From contig JBGAQA010000015.1 in assembly GCA_044220955.1 (NCBI GenBank), forward strand, positions 23,171-87,170: a stretch of DNA of 64,000 bases, in the 5' to 3' direction. Under the pieces are notes generated by a model. It was not told the origin of the DNA, did no database searches, and worked only from the letters and a program-made list of their open reading frames with translations. Shown piece by piece: positions 53,345 to 62,094 of the stretch. The DNA is from Sandaracinaceae bacterium. Its GTDB lineage: Bacteria > Myxococcota_A > Polyangia > Polyangiales > Sandaracinaceae. A program made the translations under genes and the position numbers. Positions within the stretch are counted from its first letter, which is position 1. Each line of letters begins with the position of its first letter.

Positions 53345-53821
53345 TCAGGGGAGCTCGATCTTCGCGACCCGCCGCTCGTGGCGTCCGCCCTCGAAGCTCT
53401 GCCCGAGGAAGGCCTCGAGGATCTCGCGGGCCAGGCCGGGACCGACCACGCGCGCGCCCATGCAGAGCACGTTGGCGTCGTTGTGGCGCCGCGCCATCGC
53501 AGCGCTGTAGGGCTCGCTGCAGAGCACCGCGCGGATCCCGCGGTGGCGGTTGGCTGCGATCGAGATGCCCACGCCGCTGCCGCAGATCAAGACGCCGAAG
53601 GGGTGACGACCCGCGAGGATCGCCTCGGCGACTCGATGCGCGTAGTCCGGATAGTCCGACGAGGCGGGGTCGTTGGTGCCGAGATCGTCGACCTTCCAGC
53701 CGAGCTCGCCGAGCGCCGCGATCAGCTCCGCCTTCAGCGGCAGGCCCGCGTGATCGTTCCCGATCGCGATGGAGCTCGGGGTCACGGGCTCTCGGTTGCC
53801 GGCGCCCGCCACCGCGTTCAC
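53345..53821 (-). CDS. rpiB: Ribose-5-phosphate isomerase B
   Basis: DHAG, DYPD, CGSGVG, HNDANV, GGRH..R. Confidence 0.96.
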   Translation of the reverse strand: MNAVAGAGNREPVTPSSIAIGNDHAGLPLKAELIAALGELGWKVDDLGTNDPASSDYPDYAHRVAEAILAGRHPFGVLICGSGVGISIAANRHRGIRAVLCSEPYSAAMARRHNDANVLCMGARVVGPGLAREILEAFLGQSFEGGRHERRVAKIELP

Positions 53822-55083
53822 GCCTTCACGAACGCGAGCGTGACGTTGGTCCCGCCGAACCCGAACGCGTTGCTGATCGCGACCTCGATCTTCCGCTGGC
53901 GCGCCTCGTGCGCGACGAGCTCGAGATCCTTCGCGTCGTCGTCGGGGTCGTCGAGGTTGATCGTCGGCGGGATGACGCCCTCCTTGAGCGCGAGCGCCGT
54001 GATCGCCGCCTCGAGCCCGCCGGCCGCGCCGAGCAGGTGGCCCGTCATGCTCTTGGTGGCCGACACCCAGAGGCCCTTGCCGTGCTTCTTGGCCAGCGCG
54101 TGCTCGCCGAACACGCCGCGCATCGCGAGGATCTCCTGGCGATCGCCGATCGGCGTCGACGTCGCGTGCGCGTTCACGTAGTCGACGCGCTCGGCGTCGA
54201 GCTTCGCGTCACGCAGCGCGTGCTTCATCGCGCGCTGGGCGCCCTCGCCCTCGGGCGCCGGCTGGGTGAGGTGGTAGGCGTCGCTCGTCGCGCCGTAGCC
54301 GACGATCTCGCAGAGGATGGGAGCGCCGCGCCGCATCGCGCTCTCGCGCTCCTCGAGCGTGATGATGCCTGCGCCCTCGGCGCAGACGAAGCCGTCGCGG
54401 CCCTTGTCGAACGGGCGCGAGGCCTTCTCCGGGGCGTCGTTCAGCTCCGAGAGGGCGCGCATCGCGCAGAAGCCGCCGACGCCGAGCCCGGTGATCGTGG
54501 CCTCGGCGCCGCCGGCGACCGCGTAGTCGAGGTCGTCGCGCTGGATCCACCGGAACGCCTCGCCGATCGCGTGTGCGCCGCTCGAGCACGCCGAGGTCGT
54601 CGTGTAGTTCGGGCCCTTGAACCCGAAGCGCATGGAGACCTGCCCTGGCGCCAGGTTCGCGATCGCGGCAGGGATGAAGTACGGCGTGATCCGCCGCGGG
54701 CCCTTCTCCAGCAGCACCTCCTTGACGCGCTCGATCAGCTCGAGGCCGCAGAGCCCGGTGCCGATGAAGGTGCCCACGCGCTCCTTCTGCTCGTCGGAGA
54801 ACGACTCCATGCCCACGGAGCGCACGGCCTGGTCGGCCGCCCCGACGGCGAGGTGGATGAAGCGGTCGCCCTCGCGCAGGCGCTTCTTCTCGATGTACTT
54901 CTCGGCGTCGAAGTCGCGGCACTCGCCGGCGATGCGCGAGGCGTACTGCGAAGCGTCGAAGCGCTGGATCGTCGAGATCCCGCTCCTGCCCGCGAGCAGG
55001 CCCTTCCAGGTGGTGTCGGCGTCGGCCCCGAGCGGGCTCACGACCCCGACCCCCGTCACCACCACTCTGCGTCCGCCGTGCAT
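53818..55083 (-). CDS. fabF: Beta-ketoacyl-ACP synthase II
   Basis: TSACSSG, NAHATST, KSMTGH, FGFGG. Confidence 0.96.
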   Translation of the reverse strand: MHGGRRVVVTGVGVVSPLGADADTTWKGLLAGRSGISTIQRFDASQYASRIAGECRDFDAEKYIEKKRLREGDRFIHLAVGAADQAVRSVGMESFSDEQKERVGTFIGTGLCGLELIERVKEVLLEKGPRRITPYFIPAAIANLAPGQVSMRFGFKGPNYTTTSACSSGAHAIGEAFRWIQRDDLDYAVAGGAEATITGLGVGGFCAMRALSELNDAPEKASRPFDKGRDGFVCAEGAGIITLEERESAMRRGAPILCEIVGYGATSDAYHLTQPAPEGEGAQRAMKHALRDAKLDAERVDYVNAHATSTPIGDRQEILAMRGVFGEHALAKKHGKGLWVSATKSMTGHLLGAAGGLEAAITALALKEGVIPPTINLDDPDDDAKDLELVAHEARQRKIEVAISNAFGFGGTNVTLAFVKA

Positions 55084-55212
55084 CCCATTGCTCCGAGTTT
55101 GCGGGCGACTAGAGCGCCACGCCGCGACGGCCGCACGTCGCGTGCGTGAGGCTACTCAGTGCGTAGCCCGCCACGCGGCGCGCGACCCGTACGCACGGCG
55201 AGGCCGCCGTCG

Positions 55213-55446
55213 CTACTTCTTGCGCGACTGGATGTAGTTGATCGCGTCGCCGACGGTGCGGATCTTCTCGGTGTCCTCGTCGGGGATGTCGATCTCGAAC
55301 TGCTCTTCGAACGCGAGCACGAGCTCGACGATGGCGAGCGAGTCCGCGCCCAGGTCGTCGATGAACTGCGACTCGGGCTTGATCTGCGCGACGTCCACGT
55401 CGAGCTGCTGCGAGACGATCTCCTTCACCTTATCCGCGATTTCCAT
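55213..55446 (-). CDS. acpP: Acyl carrier protein
   Basis: DLGADSL; 77 aa, acidic. Confidence 0.97.
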   Translation of the reverse strand: MEIADKVKEIVSQQLDVDVAQIKPESQFIDDLGADSLAIVELVLAFEEQFEIDIPDEDTEKIRTVGDAINYIQSRKK

Positions 55447-55523
55447 GCTCTCTCTCTTCCTAACCTGGACCGCGCCGCAGTCGGCGATAGGCCTTTGATC
55501 GATCAATTCGCTATGAGCGCCGC

Positions 55524-56270
55524 CTATACGTACATCCCGCCGTTGACGCGAATCACTTGCCCCGTGACGTAGGCTGCCTCGTCGCTCGCCAGATAGACCA
55601 CCGCGGCCGCGACCTCCTCGGCGGTGCCCATCCGCCCCGCGGGCGTCTGAGCGATGATGCCGTCCTTCGCCGCCTGGGGAAGGCCCGACGTCATGTCCGT
55701 CGCGATGAAGCCGGGCGCCACGGCGTTGACCGTGATGCCGCGCGAGGCGTACTCCTTCGCGAGCGTTTTCGTCAACCCGATCAGGGCGGCTTTCGACGCG
55801 GCGTAGACGGCCTGGCCGGGGTTGCCCGCCTCGGCGACCACGCTCGACAGGTTCACGATCCGACCCGTCTTCTTCCTCATCATGTGGCGAATCGCGGCCT
55901 TGCTCGCCCACATCGCCCCGCCGAGGTTGGTCCGGAACGTCTGGTCGACGTCCTCTTGCCTGACGCGCAAGAGGAGCTGGTCGATGGCGATCCCGGCGTT
56001 GTTCACCAGGACGTCGAGCCGGCCCTTGGCCTTGACGACCTCGCCGATCGCCGCGTCGCACGCCTCCGCATCGCCGATGTCGAACCTGCGGATCTCGCCG
56101 TCGCCGCCCGCCGCCCGCACGTGCTCGCGCGTCTCGGCGGCCGCGGCCTCGTTGCCCGCGTAGTTGATCACGACGTAGGCACCCTGCCGCGCGAGCGCGA
56201 CGGAGCAGGCGCGGCCGATGCCGCGCGAACCGCCCGTGACGAGCGCCACCTTGTCCTTCAGCGAGAACAT
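55524..56270 (-). CDS. fabG: 3-oxoacyl-ACP reductase
   Basis: [23 protein letters not shown]. Confidence 0.96.
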   Translation of the reverse strand: MFSLKDKVALVTGGSRGIGRACSVALARQGAYVVINYAGNEAAAAETREHVRAAGGDGEIRRFDIGDAEACDAAIGEVVKAKGRLDVLVNNAGIAIDQLLLRVRQEDVDQTFRTNLGGAMWASKAAIRHMMRKKTGRIVNLSSVVAEAGNPGQAVYAASKAALIGLTKTLAKEYASRGITVNAVAPGFIATDMTSGLPQAAKDGIIAQTPAGRMGTAEEVAAAVVYLASDEAAYVTGQVIRVNGGMYV

Positions 56271-56288
56271 GATGCCCCCGACCGCGCC

Positions 56289-56492
56289 TCAGCTCTTGGT
56301 CTCGGCGTCTTCCGTGCCGACCTTCTTGATCTGACGGCCATCGTAGTGACCGCAGGCCGCGCAGACGCGGTGCGGGACGCTCATCGCCGCGCAGTTCGGG
56401 CACGGGACGAGCGTCGGCGCTGCGACCTTGTCGTGGTTGGCGCGACGCATGTTGCGCTTCATGCGGGTGGTTCGACGCTTGGGAAGTGCCAC
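56289..56492 (-). CDS. rpmF: 50S ribosomal protein L32 (Zn-ribbon form)
   Basis: ALPKRR...CPNC...[10 protein letters not shown]. Confidence 0.97.
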   Translation of the reverse strand: MALPKRRTTRMKRNMRRANHDKVAAPTLVPCPNCAAMSVPHRVCAACGHYDGRQIKKVGTEDAETKS

Positions 56493-56520
56493 GGGGATCT
56501 CCTGGAGTGACGGAACGGAA

Positions 56521-57099
56521 CTAGGACGACGCCTTCTTGCCCTGGCTCAGAGCGAGCAACGGCGCGAGGCGGGGATCGATGTCGGGCGCGCCGGGAGGCG
56601 TCTCGAGGTGCTTGGGCCCACGGATGGACTCGGGCACCTCGATGCCGGGGCAGTCCGGGCGGCAGAGGGGCTGCATCGGGATCTCGAGGACGAGGTGCTC
56701 GCGCACGAGGTCGTCGAGCCGGATCTCGTCGCCGGTGAAGGTCTCGCGTTCTTCCTCGTCCGGCGACGTCTCTTCGTCGTCCCGATCGTCGCTCGGCGGT
56801 CGCAGGGTGTCGCCGCGACGGCTGAGGAGCACCGCGATGGAGGCGATGCAGTCGACGCCCGCGGGCGCGAGGCAGCGCCCGCAGGGCACGAAGAGCGTCG
56901 CGCGCGCCTCACCACGGACGAGCACGTCCGCGCCCGACTTCTCCGCGACGACGTGCAGCGATCCGTCGCGCGTCGCGACCGCGTGCTCCTCGGGGGCGAG
57001 GTCGGGGAGCTCGGCCACGAGCCACGCCGCGCGGATCGGGAAGTCGTACTCCCGCGACCCGGCGTCCAGCTCGGTGACTTTGATCTCGAATTCCGCCAT
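56521..57099 (-). CDS. yceD: YceD/DUF177 23S rRNA accumulation protein
   Basis: CGRCL, PMQPLCRPDCPG, DPRLA.L; upstream of rpmF. Confidence 0.92.
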   Translation of the reverse strand: MAEFEIKVTELDAGSREYDFPIRAAWLVAELPDLAPEEHAVATRDGSLHVVAEKSGADVLVRGEARATLFVPCGRCLAPAGVDCIASIAVLLSRRGDTLRPPSDDRDDEETSPDEEERETFTGDEIRLDDLVREHLVLEIPMQPLCRPDCPGIEVPESIRGPKHLETPPGAPDIDPRLAPLLALSQGKKASS

Positions 57100-57146
57100 G
57101 GCCGGCCGAAAAAGGGCGTGAGGGATAGACGCGGCACCCCCCCGAG

Positions 57147-58058
57147 TCAAGGCAGGGTCGGGGCCGCGCTCATCCCGGCCGGGGACAGGTCCACCAGGAC
57201 GACGCCTGGCCCGAGCCGCGAGCCATCGGAGAGGAGCGTCGGGGGGCCGACCAGCGGGGGCACGACGCGGACGGCGGCGGTCGACGGCACGTCCGGCCAG
57301 GCGTAGAGGCCCGCCCCCGCGCCGACGCGCAGGGCGAGGTCCGCCACGAGCGGGCTCCCAGCCTCCGCGCCGTCCAGCCCGGCGAGCGGCGACGGTGCCG
57401 CCCACGCCACGAGGAAGCGCCCGGCCTCGCCCGCGCCCCCGACGTCCCCGGCGATCGCCTCGACGTCGTCCGCGCCGAGCCCGCACGCGTCGTCGTCCCG
57501 GGCGTAGCGGCCGTCGGGCGCGCCGGCGACCGGGACCAGCTCGACCCCCGCCACCCGCACGACCCGGAAGCCGCTCGCGTCGACGATGCGCGCCCTCGCC
57601 TCGTCGGGCAGCGCGCCGAGCGCCTCGGCGAGATCGGCGGGGTGATCGCGACCGCCGAGGACGACGAGGGTCGGGCCCGGGAGCGCCCCGAGCGCCCGCA
57701 GCAGCCCCCCGACGCGGTCGGCGTCGTCGCCCAGGCTGCCGAGCACGATCTGAAGCGCCGGCGCGCCGCCCTCGATCGCGTCGAGCGCGGGCTCGATCGG
57801 CTCGTCGGCGAGCGCGGCCCCGCGGAACGCGGCCACGCGCAGGGGCGCGCTCGCCCCCTCGATCGTCAGGACGCGGCCCTCGGTGCGCAGGTGCAGCGCT
57901 CCGACGGTCGCGTCGAGGACCGGCGGCTCGCGCATGGCGCAGCGTACGTAGGGGGTCGCGCCGCCCGCCGTCGGGCCCGCGCCCGAGCACGTGCACGCGC
58001 CGAGCAGCGCGGCGCCGAGCGGCGCCAGCAGCACGAGCAGCACGATCTTGCGCGGCAC
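57147..58058 (-). CDS. Lipoprotein with degenerate metallophosphoesterase-like fold (3' half of the fused ORF 57147..58532)
   Basis: GTG 58058 gives VPRKIVLLVLLAPLGAALLGA-C; IVLGSLG and LVVLGGRD resemble decayed GD / GNHD motifs. Confidence 0.55.
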   Translation of the reverse strand: MPRKIVLLVLLAPLGAALLGACTCSGAGPTAGGATPYVRCAMREPPVLDATVGALHLRTEGRVLTIEGASAPLRVAAFRGAALADEPIEPALDAIEGGAPALQIVLGSLGDDADRVGGLLRALGALPGPTLVVLGGRDHPADLAEALGALPDEARARIVDASGFRVVRVAGVELVPVAGAPDGRYARDDDACGLGADDVEAIAGDVGGAGEAGRFLVAWAAPSPLAGLDGAEAGSPLVADLALRVGAGAGLYAWPDVPSTAAVRVVPPLVGPPTLLSDGSRLGPGVVLVDLSPAGMSAAPTLP

Positions 58059-58532
58059 TCCGTCCGAGTAGCCGCCGAGGTGGCTCGCGTCCGCGATCAC
58101 GCGATGACATGGCACCACGAGCGGCAGCGGATTGCGCGCCATGGCGGTGCCCACCGCGCGCGTCGCGCGAGGCGAGCCGACGTCGCGCGCCAGGCCGCCG
58201 TAGCTGCGCACCTGACCGCGCCGGACGCTGCGGAGCGCGCGCCAGACCGACACGAAGAACGGTGGACCGCGCAGGACGACGGGCACGTCGGCGAGGTCGA
58301 TCGGCTCCCCGCGGTCGAAGGCCTCGAAGGGCTCGGCGAGCGCCCGCGGCACCTCGCGCTCGAGGCGACCGAGCGCCCGCTGCTCGCCGCGCCGCGCGGG
58401 GGTCACGCGATCGGCGCGCTGAACGAGCGCCACCACGCCGCTCGGCTCCCACGCGAGCCAGAGCGGACCGAGACGCGGCAGCGCCAGCACGCCCTGCCCG
58501 GTCCCGAGGTCGGTGATAGCCTGCTCCCCCAT
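57147..58532 (-). CDS. ogt: O6-methylguanine-DNA methyltransferase fused in frame to a lipoprotein
   Basis: SYG.LA, RAVGTAMARNP, VPCHRV, LGGY; no stop after the Ogt domain. Start uncertain (58532 or 58490). Confidence 0.75.
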   Translation of the reverse strand: MGEQAITDLGTGQGVLALPRLGPLWLAWEPSGVVALVQRADRVTPARRGEQRALGRLEREVPRALAEPFEAFDRGEPIDLADVPVVLRGPPFFVSVWRALRSVRRGQVRSYGGLARDVGSPRATRAVGTAMARNPLPLVVPCHRVIADASHLGGYSDGVPRKIVLLVLLAPLGAALLGACTCSGAGPTAGGATPYVRCAMREPPVLDATVGALHLRTEGRVLTIEGASAPLRVAAFRGAALADEPIEPALDAIEGGAPALQIVLGSLGDDADRVGGLLRALGALPGPTLVVLGGRDHPADLAEALGALPDEARARIVDASGFRVVRVAGVELVPVAGAPDGRYARDDDACGLGADDVEAIAGDVGGAGEAGRFLVAWAAPSPLAGLDGAEAGSPLVADLALRVGAGAGLYAWPDVPSTAAVRVVPPLVGPPTLLSDGSRLGPGVVLVDLSPAGMSAAPTLP

Positions 58533-59190
58533 GGGCTCCGCCCGCGCTCCCCTGCTCGCCGTGGCGGTCCTCTTCGCGACCACCGCCTGCGGTCCGAGCT
58601 TACGCCGGGTCCACCGCGCCAGCGCTTACTTCGAGGAGTGCTACGCGGCAGACCTCGACCGCGCGGTGCCCGACGCCGAGCGCCGCGCCTGCTGGCAGGC
58701 GTGGCGGCGCGCCTACCGTGTCGGCGCCACCCCGGAGCGGCTCGACTACGTGCACGAGCGGCTGGCGATGCTCGATCCCGATCGCGCGGCGGCGATCGCG
58801 CTCTCGACCGGGGACGATGGATCGGTCGACACCATCGACGTGGGGGGGGAGGTCGAGAGCGAGGGCGAGGGCGAGAGCGAGGTCGGGAGCGAGAGCGAGG
58901 GCGAGAGCGAGGTCGAGGTCCCGAGCGTGGCTGACGGCGAGAGCGCGCCGACGCCGAGCGAGGCGGCGCCACCCGACACCTCCGACGCGGAGTGGCTGGC
59001 TGAGGAGCGCCACCAGCGGTCGCACGAGCGGCACCTGCACCGCGGGATCGTCGCGCCGCGCACGCTCACGCCGCGCTGCCCTTGCGAGGCCGACTGGCAG
59101 GCGTGCTCCTCGTCCTGCCTGGCCGACGAGCGCGGCTGCATCGGCGCGTGCCGCCGGGAGTTCACGCTCTGTTCGCGAAGCTGTTATTGA
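58531..59190 (+). CDS. Lipoprotein with acidic ES/EG repeat and Cys-rich C-terminus
   Basis: TTAC lipobox; C-x3-C arrays at the C-terminus. Confidence 0.72.
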   Translation: MGSARAPLLAVAVLFATTACGPSLRRVHRASAYFEECYAADLDRAVPDAERRACWQAWRRAYRVGATPERLDYVHERLAMLDPDRAAAIALSTGDDGSVDTIDVGGEVESEGEGESEVGSESEGESEVEVPSVADGESAPTPSEAAPPDTSDAEWLAEERHQRSHERHLHRGIVAPRTLTPRCPCEADWQACSSSCLADERGCIGACRREFTLCSRSCY

Positions 59191-59197
59191 AGCGTCC

Positions 59198-59797
59198 GTG
59201 ACGACCACCTCCAGCGAGACCTACCGCTTCGAGCGCAACCACGCGATCGCGAGCGCGGGGCTGCTCGGGCTCACGCTCGCCATCCTGCGCGGCTACGGGC
59301 GCGTGTGGTGGTGCGCCTGCGGCAGCTGGATCCCGTGGTCCACCGACATCAACGGGCGCCACAACTCGCAGCACTTCGTCGACCCCTACTCGGTCAGCCA
59401 CTTCGAGCACGGGCTCTTCTTCTTCGTCTTGCTGTACCTGTTCCGGGACCGCCTCTCCCTCGCGTGGCGGCTCGTGTGCGCGGCGGGCATCGAGTGCGGC
59501 TGGGAGCTGCTCGAGAACTCGAGCCTGATCATCGACCGCTACCGCGCCGCGACCATCTCGCTCGACTACTACGGCGACAGCATGATCAACTCGCTCTCCG
59601 ACGTGATCTTCGCCTCGCTCGGGTTCGTCGCGGCGTCGCTGCTCCCCGCGCGCCCGCGCTTCTGGGCCTGGTGGGTGGCGATCGTGCTGTTCTGCGAGCT
59701 GAGCCTGGTGTTCACGATCCGGGACAGCCTGGCCATCAACGTACTGATGTTGATCCACCCGGTAGAGGCCGTGCGCGTCTGGCAGTCGGGAGGCTGA
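59198..59797 (+). CDS. DUF2585 (UPF0314) membrane protein
   Basis: GR.WWCACG, NSQH..DPYS.SH..HG, WE..ENS, Y.GDS..NS..D, IRD.L..NVLML. Confidence 0.88.
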   Translation: MTTTSSETYRFERNHAIASAGLLGLTLAILRGYGRVWWCACGSWIPWSTDINGRHNSQHFVDPYSVSHFEHGLFFFVLLYLFRDRLSLAWRLVCAAGIECGWELLENSSLIIDRYRAATISLDYYGDSMINSLSDVIFASLGFVAASLLPARPRFWAWWVAIVLFCELSLVFTIRDSLAINVLMLIHPVEAVRVWQSGG

Positions 59798-59839
59798 CGA
59801 AGCGCCGGGGCGGTGACATAGTCCGCCCCGATCACGCTC

Positions 59840-61051
59840 ATGGAGTCCGCGCTGCACCTGCTGACGTACCTGCCGAGCATCGCGCTCGGGGCCGCCGCGT
59901 TCGCGCTCGGGGTCTACTTCTTCGGCGTCTGCGCGCTTGCCTGGCACACGCGCAAGCGGCCGATCCCGGTGCTGCCCGAGCTCCCTCCGGTGTCGATCCT
60001 CAAGCCGCTCAAGGGCGACGAGGACCGCCTCGCGGAGAACCTGCGATCGTTCTTCCAGCAGGACTATCCGCGCTTCGAGATCGTGTTCGCGACGACCGAG
60101 CCGGACGATCCCGCGCTCGCGGTCGCGCGGGCGGTGGCCGCGGACTACCCGGAGGTGCCGGTCCGCTTCGCCCACTCGGACGCCGGCTTCGGGCTGAACC
60201 CGAAGGTGTGCAACCTGCACGGCGCGATGCGCGCGGCCGCGCACGACCTCGTGCTCCAGTCGGACGCGAACGTGCGCGCGCGGCCCGACTACCTGCGCCG
60301 CGTGGTGTCCGAGCTGCTCTCGGAGAAGGCCTCGCTGCTCTCGAGCATCGTGGTCGGCGTCGGCGAGTCGTCGCTCGGCGGCGCGATGGAGAACCTGCAG
60401 CTCACCGGGATGATCGCCCCCTCGGTCTGCTTCGCGCTCTATTACTTCCGGACGACCTGCGTCATCGGCAAGTCGATGCTCCTGCGCCGGAGCGAGCTGG
60501 CCGAGATGGGCGGCCTCGAGAGCGTGAAGGATCTGCTCGCCGAGGACTTCATGCTCGGCCGCCGCTTCGATACCGCCGGCCGCAAGGTGATCCTCTCGAC
60601 GACCGTCGCCGAGAACGTGAACATCGATCCCTCGATCGAGCGCTTCATGGGCCGCCACGCGCGCTGGCTGAAGATGCGCGCGGTGATCCACGTCCCGGCG
60701 TTCATCGCCGATCTGCTCGCGAACCCCGTGGGCCTCTCGGTGTTCGCGGTCGCGATCTCCGGCTTCGACCCCTGGTTCGTGGTGCGCGCGCTCCCGCTCG
60801 TGCTCGCCAAGCTCGCGCTCGACCTCTGGGTCGTGCGCCGCACGCGCGGCGAGGCGCTGCCGCTCCGCTACGTCTGGGTCGCGCCGCTCAAGGATCTGCT
60901 CCTGTTCGCGGTGTGGCCGTACGCCGCGATCTCGCGCTCGGTGGAGTGGCGCGGCGTGCGCCTGCGGCTCGGCTGGAAGAGCGTGCTCCGCCCCGACGAG
61001 GGACCGCTGCCGGTCCGCGCGGTGCGCCGCATGCTCGGCGTCCGCGTGTGA
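59840..61051 (+). CDS. Ceramide glucosyltransferase / HpnI-like GT21 glycosyltransferase
   Basis: PVSILKPLKG, QDYP, NPKV.NL, SDA, LAEDF.LG, R..RW, V.WRG. Confidence 0.85.
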   Translation: MESALHLLTYLPSIALGAAAFALGVYFFGVCALAWHTRKRPIPVLPELPPVSILKPLKGDEDRLAENLRSFFQQDYPRFEIVFATTEPDDPALAVARAVAADYPEVPVRFAHSDAGFGLNPKVCNLHGAMRAAAHDLVLQSDANVRARPDYLRRVVSELLSEKASLLSSIVVGVGESSLGGAMENLQLTGMIAPSVCFALYYFRTTCVIGKSMLLRRSELAEMGGLESVKDLLAEDFMLGRRFDTAGRKVILSTTVAENVNIDPSIERFMGRHARWLKMRAVIHVPAFIADLLANPVGLSVFAVAISGFDPWFVVRALPLVLAKLALDLWVVRRTRGEALPLRYVWVAPLKDLLLFAVWPYAAISRSVEWRGVRLRLGWKSVLRPDEGPLPVRAVRRMLGVRV

Positions 61052-61192
61052 GCACACCTGCCCCCGTTGACGGGCCCGCGTCGTCGTGTTGCCATGTGCC
61101 GCAGCTGGGGCCACCTTCTTCTCGATCTGGACGACGACCTCTCCGACGACCGGCCTGGGCACCATCGTCGGCGCGCGCCTCTCGGTGACACC

Positions 61193-61612
61193 GTGAGCAG
61201 GTGTTGGGTCGCGCTGGCGCTGCTGACGACATGCTCCCTGGGCTGCGCCTGTGGCGCGCCGCCCACCGACGACGCGGCGTCGATCGACGGGGGACCCGAC
61301 GCCGCGTGGATCTTCTGGGACTCGAGCACTGACACCCTCGATGACGCCGGCGCGTGCTGGCCCTGGCACTACGGCTGCCAGAGTGACGAGGAGTGCCTCC
61401 GCTGGGGCGCGTTCGCTGCGCCCGCGGGGACATGGCCAGTCACGCACTGCCTGGCCGAGACCTGCACCGCCGGCACGACCAACTGCAGCGTGGGCACGGT
61501 CTCCGCGACCTGCCTCTGCAGCTCGGAGCACCTGTGCGCAGACGGAGAGATGTGCGTGAGCGACACGCAAGGCGGACCGGGACGGTGCGTGCAGGCATGT
61601 CAGGGGCATTGA
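61193..61612 (+). CDS. Cys-rich lipoprotein
   Basis: SLGC lipobox; C-terminal CVSDT..GP..C..AC. Start uncertain. Confidence 0.6.
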   Translation: MSRCWVALALLTTCSLGCACGAPPTDDAASIDGGPDAAWIFWDSSTDTLDDAGACWPWHYGCQSDEECLRWGAFAAPAGTWPVTHCLAETCTAGTTNCSVGTVSATCLCSSEHLCADGEMCVSDTQGGPGRCVQACQGH

Positions 61613-62049
61613 TCGGGCTTCCTCGGGCACGAATTGCCATCCTGAGCACGATGCTCCTGCTGGGCTGCTACCGAGTGCACGAGCGGCCCGGCGCGGTCCC
61701 GGACGCCACAGCGCACGCGGACGCTTCTCCGGTGGACGCTGGAACGCCCGACGCCGTCCACTGCGGCATCCACGGCATGACCTGGCCAGCGTGCACGCCG
61801 GAGCTCGACGCGGAGTGCCAGCGACGCGCGACTGCAGCGGCGCTGGGCCGATATGCCCATTCCCGGTGCTACCAGCCGAATCCGAGCGCCAGCGGCGTGG
61901 AGTGCTCGCAGGGGCTCGTCTGCGACGAGGGCGCGACGAACTGCCGATGCACGCCCGGCCGCTACTGTGCCGCCGACACGGACGTCTGCGTGAGCGACAC
62001 GCCGGACGGCCCGCGCTACTGCGCGCGCGCCTGCTTCTGGAGCGAGTGA
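61609..62049 (+). CDS. Cys-rich lipoprotein, paralog of the upstream gene
   Basis: TTGA overlap; LLGC-YRVHER; CVSDTPDGP..C..AC. Confidence 0.62.
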   Translation: MIGLPRARIAILSTMLLLGCYRVHERPGAVPDATAHADASPVDAGTPDAVHCGIHGMTWPACTPELDAECQRRATAAALGRYAHSRCYQPNPSASGVECSQGLVCDEGATNCRCTPGRYCAADTDVCVSDTPDGPRYCARACFWSE

Positions 62050-62094
62050 AGCCGTGCTTGCGGTGATCGGGGCGCCCTTCTACTCTGCCGGCCC

